From assembly GCA_018266795.1 (NCBI GenBank), contig JAFDZV010000036.1, positions 26,971-90,970 on the forward strand: a stretch of DNA of 64,000 nt, written 5' to 3'. Source of the stretch: Bacteroidota bacterium. GTDB taxonomy: Bacteria > Bacteroidota > Ignavibacteria > OLB7. Positions 47,541 through 57,398 of the stretch are shown one piece after another (position 1 is the first letter of the stretch; the number at the start of each line of letters is the position of its first letter). The notes under the pieces are model-generated. The model saw only the letters and a program-made list of their open reading frames with translations, made no database searches and had not been told where the DNA came from. The translations under genes and the position numbers were made by a program.

Positions 47541-47830
47541 TGTCACTCTGACGAGTGAAACGAGGAGGAAGACCGTCGCACGCCGCGCACGCGACTCGGG
47601 GTGACAAGACGTGGTTGAGAGTCGACATGGTCATGATGAGTGTGCCACTGCTGGTATGGTCATCCTGACGACGAGCGAAGCGAGGAGGAAGGATCCTGGC
47701 GTAGACAGGTGGTGATTGACAACGCAGCCTGCACCGCCACGGTTAAATCAGTATGGAATCTGTCTGATCTTGCCCCGAAAGCGTGGACACCCTTCGCCGC
47801 GTGCTACGCACGCGGCGAAGGGTGACAAAG
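47541..47830. repeat. Cluster of GTCAYYCTGAC...GAGGAGGAAG...GGTGACAA dispersed-repeat copies plus a 13-bp perfect hairpin
   Basis: Copy 1 is 47541-47607 (TGTCACTCTGACGAGTGAAACGAGGAGGAAGACC...CGGGGTGACAA). Copy 2 starts at 47659 (GTCATCCTGACGACGAGCGAAGCGAGGAGGAAGGATCC) and ends ...GAAGGGTGACAAAG at 47817-47830. The hairpin CCTTCGCCGCGTG-CTACG-CACGCGGCGAAGG is at 47791-47821. A related copy lies at 53761-53794. Confidence 0.7.
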
Positions 47831-47869
47831 AGGGTTATGATGAGATATGATCATCCTCTCTTCCATGTC

Positions 47870-48979
47870 TCATAGTTTCCCCTCGTGCCACTCCGTGATC
47901 ACGCCGCCGCCGATGACATCATCTCCTTCATAGAGCACCACGCTCTGGCCGCGTGTGATTGCGCGCCGGGGCTCGTCGAACAACAGATCCAGGGTTCCGT
48001 CCGGGAGCGTACGGGCGGTGGCGGGCGCACCTTCGTCCTTGTAGCGGATCTTGGCCGTTACGCGGAGCGGTTCATCGATGGAGGCATACTTGATCAGATT
48101 CACATTCGAGGCGCGAAGGCCGCGATGCATCAACTGATCGTTGCCTCCAACCTCCACCGTGTTGGTTGATGCATCGATGTTGATCACGTAGAGCGGATCG
48201 GCCGAGGAGATACCGAGGCCGCGGCGCTGGCCAACAGTGTAGAACGGGAAGCCGGCGTGCCGGCCGATCACCTTCCCGTCCTGAACGATGTCGCCTCCCT
48301 TGACGCGATCGTCGAGACCCGGAACGTTGTCGCGCAGGAAGCGCGTGTAGTCGTTGTCCGGAATGAAGCAGATCTCGTACGACTCCTGCTTCCCGGCAAC
48401 CGGCAGATCCAGGCGGGCTGCGATTGCGCGCGACTCCGGCTTCGTGAGATCGGCGAGGGGGAAGATCGTGCGGGCCAGCGACTCCTGTGCAACCGCCCAG
48501 AGCGCGTACGACTGGTCCTTCGATGCATCCAGCCCGCGGCTGAGGATATACCGTCCGCTCTCCACGTTGCGGCGGATACGGGCATAGTGGCCGGTGGCAA
48601 CAAACGCCGCACCGAGCGAATCGGCGCGCCGGAGCATCTCCGCCCACTTGATCTTCCGGTTGCACATCACGCACGGGTTCGGCGTGTCGCCCGCCAGGTA
48701 TGCGCCAACGAAGTAGTCGATGATCTCCTCGCCGAAGCGCTCGGTGAAGTCGTACACATAGTGCGGAATGCCGAGCCGGATCGCCACACGCCGCGCATCG
48801 TTGATCCCGTCCAGCGAGCAGCAGCTGGTGTCGCTGCCGACATTGCCCCCTACATCCTCGTACCGGTAGGTCTTGATCGTAATGCCCACCACGTCGTAGC
48901 CCTGCTCCACGAGCAGCGCCGCGGCCACCGACGAATCGAGACCGCCGGACATTCCGACGATGACGCGAGGCTTGGACAT
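47870..48979 (-). CDS. mnmA: tRNA 2-thiouridine(34) synthase MnmA
   Basis: PP-loop VIVGMSGGLDSSVAAALL, catalytic-Cys context TPNPCVMCNRKIKW, and ATGHYARI. Full-length at 369 aa. Confidence 0.95.
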   Translation of the reverse strand: MSKPRVIVGMSGGLDSSVAAALLVEQGYDVVGITIKTYRYEDVGGNVGSDTSCCSLDGINDARRVAIRLGIPHYVYDFTERFGEEIIDYFVGAYLAGDTPNPCVMCNRKIKWAEMLRRADSLGAAFVATGHYARIRRNVESGRYILSRGLDASKDQSYALWAVAQESLARTIFPLADLTKPESRAIAARLDLPVAGKQESYEICFIPDNDYTRFLRDNVPGLDDRVKGGDIVQDGKVIGRHAGFPFYTVGQRRGLGISSADPLYVINIDASTNTVEVGGNDQLMHRGLRASNVNLIKYASIDEPLRVTAKIRYKDEGAPATARTLPDGTLDLLFDEPRRAITRGQSVVLYEGDDVIGGGVITEWHEGKL

Positions 48980-49174
48980 GGAAGTAGGGTTCCTAACAGA
49001 ACGGTCCGAATGTCAACAACGGCTGCTGGCTACCATGAGCCTGGTTCTTTGTACGCTCGCCTGCGGCTCGCTTTGGTTCTTGGTCAGTTGCAAGAATCCG
49101 GAGTTGCCGCTGCCCATTGAGAGCCGGTTCTGAAACTTCGCAGGCCCAGGAACCAAGAACGAAGACCTACGCTC

Positions 49175-51769
49175 TCACTCCGCCGGAACAAGGTGCGTCA
49201 CCGAGGTAACGGCTCTGCCAACGGGTGAGGAAGACGCGAGAGCAAGATAACCATTGCAGCTCCAGAGCACGGTCTGGTTCTTGTAAAACTGATTCAGCGG
49301 CTGGCCGCTCTCGCCGGACGTGATCACGCTTCGCATGAATGCGGTGGTATCGCCAAAGTCCACGATCTGCCGCATCGACGGGCCCAGGCGCACCTTGAAC
49401 GGCTGGTTCATGTCCCACTCCGCACAGTTCAATGTTGTGCTCGCACCGCCGATCTCGAACGGTCCGATATCCACGATGCCGCGCAGCTTCTCGTTCGTAT
49501 CGAACTGATGCTTGAACAGGAGGGTGTGCATCGCGCCGAACTTCCACTGGTTGATGTCCCAGGTGTCGAACCGTGCATGGAGCGAGTCGAGCGCGCGCCC
49601 CAGCGCCTTGCGCAGGATGTCGTCGCGGGTCTCCACGCGTCCATGTGTGGTGACGTCGTCGAACCAGCGGCTGTCGATCATCGCGTGATAGCGGATGGCG
49701 CGAATCGGCTGCTGCGCAATCGAGACGTAGTTGCGGAACACGTCCGGGCCCATCTCGTCGCGGTAGGTCATCTCGATGGTGGTCTGCAGCCACTGTGCGG
49801 CGATCGCCGCCTCAGGCGCATCGGCAACCATGGCGCCGTTCCACATGCGGAGCTTCCTCAATGCAAGCTGCACCGCGGAGCCCTGCCGTGCGCTGTCCGG
49901 GAAGGCGCGCAGAAGGAAGCCGACCATGTAGAGCATGTGCGGCGAAACCAGGTCCGCCTGCATCTGCACGAAGTCCGTCGTGTTGAAATTGTTCCCCTCC
50001 TTCAGCAGCTCATCGATGCGAACCGCGCGCGAGGGATCCTCCCACAGATCGCCCACGGTGTAGTTGAGGCCGTTGGCAAGCTTGTTGTTGGCGCTTGCCA
50101 CGTAGCCGCGGGCAGGATTGACGAGCGAGGGGAGTTGCTCCATCGGAACGGTTCCCTTCCAGTCGTACCGGCTGTCCCAGCCCGGGTTGGGGTACGTTGC
50201 GTGTGTTGCCTCACGGATGGGTATGCGCGCAACCGGAATGCTTGCGATCGTGCCGGCGCGGTCGGCATAGATGTAGTTGAGCGAGGGGATGCCTCCAAGC
50301 CTGATGGCCGCCGTGAACTCCTGAAGGTTGCGCGCCGTTCCAATTCCCTGCAGCGCGGCGATCTCCTGCGACACGTCTGCGCCCCGCCAGCGCATCGCCA
50401 CCGCCGCGGTTGCCGTGATAGAGGAGGAGTCCGCAACACGCCGGCCGTTCACCATGTGGTGCGCGTAGGGATGCAGATCGGAGATCAGCGGACCGTGGCG
50501 GCTTGTGCGAATGCTCATCGGCACACCTGCCGAATCCTTCACGCGGATGGTATCACGGATCAGTCCAAGCTTCTCCCACCCGTTGTCCACCTGCACCGTG
50601 GTGTGCTTCAGGCTGTCGATCTTCTCGATGTAGAAATCTGTCTCATCGGCCATGAGGCTGGTGAGACCCCATGCGATATCGTTGTTGCGGCCGATCACGA
50701 CGAACGGCAGACCGGGGAGCGTAACGCCGGCAACGCGGTTCCCCCCGTAGTTGATCACCGCCTGGTACCAGCGGCAGGGAGCCGTGAAGGTGAGGTGGGG
50801 ATCGTTCGCCAGCATCGGCTTCCCTCCGGCGGCGCGGTTGCCGGCAATGGCCCAGGCATTGGAGCCGACATGCGCACCGTCGATCCCCAGGAACTTCCGC
50901 ATGCTCAGCTCCACGCCGATGACATCCGTCAGGTCGGTTGCAGGGAACGCCTCGGCTCCTGCGCGCGAGGTGCGCCCCGGTGCGGGCCTGCGCGAGGCGG
51001 TGTCGCGCCGTGCAGAGGAATCACGCGCGGCGGCGCTGTCGCGGCGGGTGGTATCCACGTGCGCTGCCAGATGCTGCTCCAGCAGCGGCTCCGGGTGCTG
51101 GCCGCCGGGGATGATGGTTGGCGCGTCCGTTGGATAGTAGGGAAGAATCTGGGCAAAACGGAGCGAGTCCACGCGCCGTCCGATATCTCCCATCACGATA
51201 TCGGTCCAGAAGCCGGTGTTGAGTTCCCAGGCAAGGAGCCGGACGATGAGCACGGAGTGCTCGGGCGTCCACGGTTCCGGTTCGTAGCCCAGCGCATCGA
51301 ACTCCATTGCATAGCGCCCCTTGTGATCGCGAATGAACGCGTTCACGCCGCTGGCGTAGGCCTCCAGCGCTTCGCGGGTTCGCTTCGGCATGTTGCGAAC
51401 AATCTCTCGCGCGGTGCGCTTGAAGCCGATCGTGCGGAGAAGCTTGTCGAACTCGATCGTGGGCTGGCCGAAGATCTCCGAGAGCCGGCCTTCGCCGGCG
51501 CGGCGCATCAGGTCCATCTGCCACAGCCGGTCCTGAGCGTGCGCATAGCCGAGCGCCGCCATCGCGTCGTTCTCGGTTGCGGCGTCGATGTAGGATACTC
51601 CGTTCTGATCGCGCGTGATGCTGGCGCTCGCGCTCAGGCCGGGGATCGATCCGTCGTTCTCGCCATCTGCCACGAACGAACGGCCCACCAGACGAAGTCC
51701 GAGCCATGTGAACCCCAGAGCGAGGGCAATGATAACGAGCAGCGTACCGACGATCGAGAAGCGGCGCAT
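49175..51769 (-). CDS. Penicillin acylase-family Ntn-hydrolase (possible beta-lactam or acyl-homoserine-lactone acylase), 864 aa
   Basis: ATG at 51769 with membrane anchor/signal MRRFSIVGTLLVIIALALGFTWL. Beta-subunit N-terminal nucleophile context GAHVGSNAWAIAG...MLANDPHL. Substrate cannot be inferred from the sequence alone. Confidence 0.85.
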   Translation of the reverse strand: MRRFSIVGTLLVIIALALGFTWLGLRLVGRSFVADGENDGSIPGLSASASITRDQNGVSYIDAATENDAMAALGYAHAQDRLWQMDLMRRAGEGRLSEIFGQPTIEFDKLLRTIGFKRTAREIVRNMPKRTREALEAYASGVNAFIRDHKGRYAMEFDALGYEPEPWTPEHSVLIVRLLAWELNTGFWTDIVMGDIGRRVDSLRFAQILPYYPTDAPTIIPGGQHPEPLLEQHLAAHVDTTRRDSAAARDSSARRDTASRRPAPGRTSRAGAEAFPATDLTDVIGVELSMRKFLGIDGAHVGSNAWAIAGNRAAGGKPMLANDPHLTFTAPCRWYQAVINYGGNRVAGVTLPGLPFVVIGRNNDIAWGLTSLMADETDFYIEKIDSLKHTTVQVDNGWEKLGLIRDTIRVKDSAGVPMSIRTSRHGPLISDLHPYAHHMVNGRRVADSSSITATAAVAMRWRGADVSQEIAALQGIGTARNLQEFTAAIRLGGIPSLNYIYADRAGTIASIPVARIPIREATHATYPNPGWDSRYDWKGTVPMEQLPSLVNPARGYVASANNKLANGLNYTVGDLWEDPSRAVRIDELLKEGNNFNTTDFVQMQADLVSPHMLYMVGFLLRAFPDSARQGSAVQLALRKLRMWNGAMVADAPEAAIAAQWLQTTIEMTYRDEMGPDVFRNYVSIAQQPIRAIRYHAMIDSRWFDDVTTHGRVETRDDILRKALGRALDSLHARFDTWDINQWKFGAMHTLLFKHQFDTNEKLRGIVDIGPFEIGGASTTLNCAEWDMNQPFKVRLGPSMRQIVDFGDTTAFMRSVITSGESGQPLNQFYKNQTVLWSCNGYLALASSSPVGRAVTSVTHLVPAE

Positions 51770-51935
51770 CGAAGAGAGATAGGAGAGGAGAGGCCGAGAT
51801 GGAGGCGGCGAGGCGGGCGATCGAGGCCCCGCAGCTCCCACGTCGTTCCTCCCGTGTGATTCAAACGGATTCCGGCGCGACGCCTGCGAGGCGTCGCGCC
51901 GGAATGCAATCTACAACCGATAGCTCACGTTCCGA

Positions 51936-53330
51936 TCAGATGCCGGCAACGATCTCGCCGATCGCCTCGCGGATCATCGCCATCCCTTCGTCGATCTGGG
52001 CCGCCGTGATGTTGAGTGCCGGCCGGAAGCGGATCGAGCGGTCGCCGCATCCCAGGATCAGCAGCCCCTTGTCGTAGCACTTCTGCCGGAGCAGGTCCCG
52101 CTCCTGGGCCGTCGCGATATCCACAGCGCAGAACAGTCCGCGGCCGCGGGCGTTGGAGACAAGTCCCGGATACTCCGCTGTCAGCTCCGCAAGGCGCGTC
52201 ATGAGATGCCCGCCAACCGTGCGGGCGTTCCGGACAAGGTTCTCCTCCTCGATGATCTCCAGGAACTTCGTGAAGCGGACCATGTCCACCAGGTTGCCCC
52301 CCCATGTGGAGTTGATGCGGCTGGACTTGTGAAACGCATGGTTTGGAATGTCGTCGATCCGGTCCGTTGCCAGAATGCCGCACACCTGCGACTTCTTGCC
52401 GAAGCTCATGATATCCGGGCGAACGCCGAGTGCCTCGTGCGCCCACATCGTGCCGGTCATCCCCACACCCGTCTGCACCTCGTCGAAGATGAGCAGCGCC
52501 TCCTCCTGGTCGCAGATGGCGCGAAGCTGTGCAAGGTATTCGGGCCGGAAGTGGTTGTCTCCCCCCTCGCCCTGAATCGGCTCCAGGATGATGCAGGCAA
52601 TCGCGTCCGGATTCTCCGCGAACGCCTTCCGGATTTCCGCGAGCGACTGCTCCTCGCGGGCGATCGTCTCCTCCAGGTTCTTCCCCTCCAGCGGGAAGCT
52701 CGCGGCCGGAGCACAGACGCGCGGCCAGTCCGTGAACTTCGGGAAGTAATTCGTCTTCGTGGGATCGGTGTTCGTCAGGCTGAGCGCATATCCGGAGCGG
52801 CCGTGAAAGGCATGGCGCAGATGGAGCACGAGGTGGCCGTGTTCGTGCTGATAGCCGTTGTGGAAGTTCTTCTGCACCTTCCAATCGAACGCCACCTTCA
52901 ATGCATTCTCCACGGCGAGCGTACCTCCCTCGATGAAGAAGCTGTACTTGAAATACTCCGGCACGGCAACCCGGAAGAACGTGGAGACGAACTCCGCCAT
53001 CTCGACGGTATACACGTCGGAGCAGGATGGCTTGTGCAGAGCCACGGTGCCGATCTTCCGGATGAACTCCGGCGTTCTCATCTCCGGATGGTTCATCCCG
53101 ACCGGATTGGAGGCGAAGAAGGTGAAGAAGTCCAGATAGCGTTTTCCCGTAGCGGCGTCGTACAGATACGGGCCCTGGCTGCGCTCCAGATCGAGCACGA
53201 GGTCGAACCCGTCGGCGAGCATGTAATGGGCGAGCGTGCTGTGCACCTGGTCCGGCTGAACGCCGTGGCCCGCATGGTGATGGGAGTTGTGCGCAGCCGC
53301 GGCATTGGTCTCGTGAAGTTCGCGCGTCAT
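51936..53330 (-). CDS. lat: Class-III aminotransferase, L-lysine 6-(epsilon)-aminotransferase-like (464 aa)
   Basis: ATG at 53330. The N-terminal ...LADGFDLVLDLERSQGPYLYDAATGKRYLDFFTFFASNPVGMNHPEM matches what I recall as the Lat family signature. PLP-lysine context MSFGKKSQVCG. The symbol is assigned by family resemblance only. Confidence 0.75.
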   Translation of the reverse strand: MTRELHETNAAAAHNSHHHAGHGVQPDQVHSTLAHYMLADGFDLVLDLERSQGPYLYDAATGKRYLDFFTFFASNPVGMNHPEMRTPEFIRKIGTVALHKPSCSDVYTVEMAEFVSTFFRVAVPEYFKYSFFIEGGTLAVENALKVAFDWKVQKNFHNGYQHEHGHLVLHLRHAFHGRSGYALSLTNTDPTKTNYFPKFTDWPRVCAPAASFPLEGKNLEETIAREEQSLAEIRKAFAENPDAIACIILEPIQGEGGDNHFRPEYLAQLRAICDQEEALLIFDEVQTGVGMTGTMWAHEALGVRPDIMSFGKKSQVCGILATDRIDDIPNHAFHKSSRINSTWGGNLVDMVRFTKFLEIIEEENLVRNARTVGGHLMTRLAELTAEYPGLVSNARGRGLFCAVDIATAQERDLLRQKCYDKGLLILGCGDRSIRFRPALNITAAQIDEGMAMIREAIGEIVAGI

Positions 53331-53760
53331 GGTATCGATACTCCTGAATTCAGTCTGCTGATGGATGGTTCCGCGAATGCGTGGGCAACGCTTGCATGCT
53401 GGGGGGCCGGTTGCCATCACTCGTCCCGATGCCGGGGCATCGTACGCCCTGGATGCCGCCGAACTCCGCGTCCGTCACGGGCATCATGACGAACCGGTTC
53501 AGCAGCGGGTGTTCCCGGGACGAGCGGGTAGGGGAGTTGGTACGAACCTAGGATGGAAGGGCGTTGGTGGTCAGGCTCCATCGGCGGAAGCGCGCGGCAA
53601 CGAGCGACGCGGAGAGGAAGGAGCCTCCCCGGATCGTTCCGCCCGAAGCGATGACGCTGCTGGTATGGAGTGTGCGAACGCGCATGATGCCGGAAAGATA
53701 CGGTTCCGGCACCGGCCCGCAAAAAACGGTAGTGTCTCGGTTTGAGCATCGGCACCGTTG

Positions 53761-53794
53761 TGTCATCCTGAGCTGCAGGCGAAGGATCTCGCAC
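53761..53794. repeat. Solo copy of the GTCATCCTGAGC...GAAGGATCTCGC dispersed repeat
   Basis: TGTCATCCTGAGCTGCAGGCGAAGGATCTCGCACC is related to the copies at 47541 and 47659. It lies in the 0.8-kb non-coding gap between lat and uvrA. Confidence 0.6.
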
Positions 53795-54127
53795 CACCGG
53801 TTGGCCCTGCGGGATGTGTATCGCAGCCCTTCGGGCCTTCAGCCGTGCGGAGTGCGTACCCGGTCGTAGATCCCGGCCCGGCCCGGGAGCTTGCCGAAGG
53901 GCTCGGCGCCGAAATGGCCCCTGGCCGATGATGGCCGTGCAGCTATCAAACCGGGACAGGACCAAAAAACATGAACAAGTTGTAAACCGGCCCTGCGGGC
54001 GCGTGTGATGGGTGCAGGCCGCATGATCAATTGTGTATTTTATGCGGTTCCGTTCTTCGGCCCGGCCGTATAGTAGCGGTTGATCCCTGGAGGCGGGCCA
54101 GCGAAGCACAGGCAAGGACACAGCCAC

Positions 54128-57100
54128 GTGAAGGATAGATCAGAACGCAGCAAGAAGGGCGACGCGAAGAAGCCTCGCGCCACGGCAGCCACGCCCGCAG
54201 AGAAGGGGACGAAGAAGGTGGTGACGAAGGCATCTGCATCGGCGCCGAAGACAGCCACGAAGCGGAAGGCTTCGCCGAAGGGTGCCGTGATGCAGGACAT
54301 CCATGCGGTGAGCGCGGATGTGGTTGATGCTTCGCGCGGCGTCAACGGTGCCGCAACCCTGCCGGCTCCGGAGAACGGCGCAGCTGCGCCCGGCATCTTC
54401 CGGATGCCGGAGGCGAGCCCGAAGAATACCCTGACAATTCGGGGAGCGAACGTCCACAATCTGAAGAACGTTTCCATTGCTCTTCCGCGGAACCGGATGA
54501 TCGTGGTGAGCGGCGTATCCGGCTCCGGAAAGTCGTCGCTCGCGTTCGACACCATCTATGCCGAGGGGCAGCGCCGATATGTGGAGTCGCTATCGGCATA
54601 TGCCCGCCAATTCCTCTCGCGCATGGCGAAGCCCGATGTGGAGAGCATCACCGGGCTTGCTCCGGCGATCGCCATCGAGCAGAAGACCATCACGAAGAAT
54701 CCCCGTTCAACCGTTGGCACAACGGCAGAGGTGTACGACTATTTGCGCCTGCTGTTCGCACGCATCGGCCAGACGATATGCAAGGCCTGCGGCGAGCCGG
54801 TGCGCAAGGATACTCCGCGCACCGTGCAGGAGGCGATGAAGGAGTTGGAGGAGGGAACCCGTTTCTACGTTCTGTTCCCGATGCATGCGCACGAGAAGCG
54901 TTCGTTGAAGGAGGAGCTTGCCAATCTCCGTGAACAGGGCTTCTTCCGTGTGGTGATCGGTGAGGGAAGCGATGTGGTGGATCTTAACGAGCAGGAGCCG
55001 GAGGGCGTGGCCAAGAGCGACGTGTTCGTTCTGGTGGATCGCGTGGTGTTCCGCAACGATCCCGACGTGCTGACCCGCATCGCGGACTCCGCGGAGACTG
55101 CATTCCGCGAGGGAGAGGGGCGCGCGGTGATACACCTGCTGGAGACCGGTCAGCGCCGGCATTTCAGTACCCGCTTCGAGTGCGCGAACGACGGCATCAA
55201 GTACGAGGAGCCGCAGCCGAAGCTGTTCAGCTTCAATAATCCGTTCGGTGCGTGCCCGGAGTGCCAGGGATTCGGAAAGGCGATCGGCATCGACATGGAT
55301 CTCGTGATTCCGGATCGGACGAAGACGCTGCGGGGCGGTGCGATCATCGCGTACTCCACGCCGAAGCACTCGGAACATTATCGCCGGATTACCGCGATCG
55401 CGAAGGAAGCGAATCTGGATCTGGACAAGCCGATGTCGCAGCTGTCGCAGTACGAGTGGAACGTGGTGATTCACGGCTACGGCAAGTATCCCGGCGTTGT
55501 CGGATTCTTCAAGGAGATCGAGGAGCACGCCTACAAGATGCACAACCGCGTTTTCCTTTCGCGGTTCCGCGGCTACACCACATGCCCACGCTGCAAGGGC
55601 TCGCGCCTGCGCACCTCTGCGATGCGTGTGTTCATTCACGGGAAGTCCATTCCGGACATCGTTGCGATGACCATCGAGGAGGCGTACGCATGGATCGGGG
55701 CGCTTGCCCTTACCCCGTACGAGGAGCAGGTGGCAAGCCGGATCATGGAGGAGATCACCAAGCGCCTCCGCTATCTCAACGAGGTCGGGCTTGGCTATCT
55801 CCGGCTGGACCGGCTGAGCCACACACTCTCCGGCGGAGAGTCGCAGCGCATCAACCTTGCCACCTCCATCGGCTCCGCGCTGGTGGGAGCGATGTACGTT
55901 CTCGACGAGCCTTCCATCGGGCTGCATCCGCGCGACACCGACAGGCTGGTGCGCATCCTGAAGTCGCTGCGCGATCTCGGTAACACGGTGATCGTTGTGG
56001 AGCACGATCCGGATATCATCCGCAACGCCGATGTGATCGTGGACATGGGGCCGCACGCCGGGGAACATGGCGGGCAGGTGGTGTTCAATGGGAGTGTGGA
56101 GGATGTGATCAACGATCCCCACTCGCTCACCGGTGCATACCTCTCCGGGCGGAAGTCCATACCGGTGCGAACGGCGCGGCGCAAGCCCGGTTCCCGGCGC
56201 ATCAGCGTGCGCGGCGCATCGGAACACAATCTGAAGGAGATCGACGTGGACTTCCCGCTCGATATGCTGACGGTTGTGACCGGCGTCTCGGGCTCGGGGA
56301 AATCCACGCTCGTGCACGACGTGCTGTATCCGGCGGTGGCACGTTCCAAGGGAGCCACCGTTGCGCTGACCAGGAATGTGGGTTCGGTTGACGGCGTGGA
56401 CCTTGTCGGAGCCGTCGAGATGGTGGACCAGTCGCCGATCGGCAGGTCGCCGCGCTCCAATCCGGTCACGTACGTGAAGGCGTTCGATGCCATTCGCGAG
56501 CTGTTCGCGTTGACGCCGGTTGCGAAGGTGAACGGCTGGAAGCCTGGCTATTTCTCCTTCAACGTTCCCGGCGGTCGCTGCGAGGCCTGCCAGGGAGAAG
56601 GCGTTGTAAAGGTGGAGATGCAGTTCCTTGCGGACATCGCGCTCACATGCGAGGTGTGCAAGGGGAAGCGCTTCAAGCCGGAGACGCTGCAGGCGGTGTA
56701 CCGAGGAAAGAACGTGGTGGACGTGCTGGAGATGACGGTGGAGGAGGCGATAGAATTCTTCGCGAAGGAGAAGAAGGTTGTCAGCAAGCTCGCCGGCCTG
56801 CGCGATGTCGGCCTGGGATATATTCGTCTCGGGCAGCCTGCCACCACGCTCTCCGGCGGCGAGGCGCAGCGCGTGAAGCTTGCGGCGCAGCTGGTGACGC
56901 CGGCCGACGAGCGGACGCTCTTCATTCTGGACGAGCCGACCACCGGCCTTCACTTCGACGACATCGCGACGCTGCTGAAAGCGTTCAACGCTCTGATCGA
57001 TGCCGGCCATTCGCTGGTGGTGATCGAGCACAATCTGGATGTTATCCGGAGCGCGGACTGGATCATCGATCTCGGCCCGGAGGGGGGGGATGCCGGCGGC

Positions 57101-57190
57101 AACCTGGTCTGTGCAGGAACGCCGGAACACGTTGCGGGCTGCTCCGGTTCCTATACCGGGCGCTTCCTCAAGGAGCTTGCCCGCCGCTGA
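54128..57190 (+). CDS. uvrA: Excinuclease ABC subunit A (UvrA), possibly with a Lys/Ala/Thr-rich N-terminal extension
   Basis: The canonical core begins at 54428 ([62 protein letters not shown]). Both ABC modules and the zinc-finger Cys pairs are present, and the ORF ends at 57190. Start is uncertain: TTG 54080, GTG 54128 (AAGGA lies 11 nt upstream) or ATG 54290. Confidence 0.9.
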   Translation: MKDRSERSKKGDAKKPRATAATPAEKGTKKVVTKASASAPKTATKRKASPKGAVMQDIHAVSADVVDASRGVNGAATLPAPENGAAAPGIFRMPEASPKNTLTIRGANVHNLKNVSIALPRNRMIVVSGVSGSGKSSLAFDTIYAEGQRRYVESLSAYARQFLSRMAKPDVESITGLAPAIAIEQKTITKNPRSTVGTTAEVYDYLRLLFARIGQTICKACGEPVRKDTPRTVQEAMKELEEGTRFYVLFPMHAHEKRSLKEELANLREQGFFRVVIGEGSDVVDLNEQEPEGVAKSDVFVLVDRVVFRNDPDVLTRIADSAETAFREGEGRAVIHLLETGQRRHFSTRFECANDGIKYEEPQPKLFSFNNPFGACPECQGFGKAIGIDMDLVIPDRTKTLRGGAIIAYSTPKHSEHYRRITAIAKEANLDLDKPMSQLSQYEWNVVIHGYGKYPGVVGFFKEIEEHAYKMHNRVFLSRFRGYTTCPRCKGSRLRTSAMRVFIHGKSIPDIVAMTIEEAYAWIGALALTPYEEQVASRIMEEITKRLRYLNEVGLGYLRLDRLSHTLSGGESQRINLATSIGSALVGAMYVLDEPSIGLHPRDTDRLVRILKSLRDLGNTVIVVEHDPDIIRNADVIVDMGPHAGEHGGQVVFNGSVEDVINDPHSLTGAYLSGRKSIPVRTARRKPGSRRISVRGASEHNLKEIDVDFPLDMLTVVTGVSGSGKSTLVHDVLYPAVARSKGATVALTRNVGSVDGVDLVGAVEMVDQSPIGRSPRSNPVTYVKAFDAIRELFALTPVAKVNGWKPGYFSFNVPGGRCEACQGEGVVKVEMQFLADIALTCEVCKGKRFKPETLQAVYRGKNVVDVLEMTVEEAIEFFAKEKKVVSKLAGLRDVGLGYIRLGQPATTLSGGEAQRVKLAAQLVTPADERTLFILDEPTTGLHFDDIATLLKAFNALIDAGHSLVVIEHNLDVIRSADWIIDLGPEGGDAGGNLVCAGTPEHVAGCSGSYTGRFLKELARR

Positions 57191-57398
57191 ACCGCGGAAC
57201 CACGCGGGCGGCATCGAGTCATAAACGATACAGCGACGCCGTGACGAATTGCCTCCGGAAATTTTCAATCGGTAACGCATTCCGGCGGGAAATGCACAGG
57301 CTGCTTCGTTCCATGCCCCTTTCGTATGTTTGTGGCCATGGTATTTCGGAGCCCGGCATTCTTCGCCTCAATCCTTCACATCTCGTTGCGTCCCCTCA

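Noticed and set aside
47791-47821. The perfect 13-bp hairpin, considered as the mnmA terminator
   Set aside because: No U-tract follows it on either strand, and it lies inside a repeat element. I report it as part of the repeat cluster and not as a terminator.
47640-47825. 61-aa ORF (MCHCWYGHPDDERSEEEGSW...) downstream of the HprK-like kinase, considered as a possible RiPP/lasso precursor
   Set aside because: It is built almost entirely from the dispersed GTCATCCTGA...GAGGAGGAAGGATC repeat and the 13-bp hairpin. No lasso maturation genes (B1/B2/C) are present in the window.
49508-51859. 783-aa + strand ORF opposite the penicillin-acylase gene. Also 54707-57280 (-) opposite uvrA, 61466-63307 (-) opposite the Wzi-like gene, 30809-32701 (+) opposite the GT fusion, 32915-34414 (-) opposite the dioxygenase gene, and 57396-58697 (-) opposite the dehydrogenase gene.
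   Set aside because: Each is the mirror of a gene with clear family motifs, and each has the Arg/His/Gly-rich composition of antisense high-GC frames.
53417-54127. 236-aa - strand ORF in the lat/uvrA gap. I also inspected the gap by eye for lysine-riboswitch, glycine-riboswitch or B12-box motifs.
   Set aside because: The ORF composition is not protein-like (Arg/Pro/His-rich), and I could not find the conserved cores of those riboswitches. I report the gap only as an unexplained gap.
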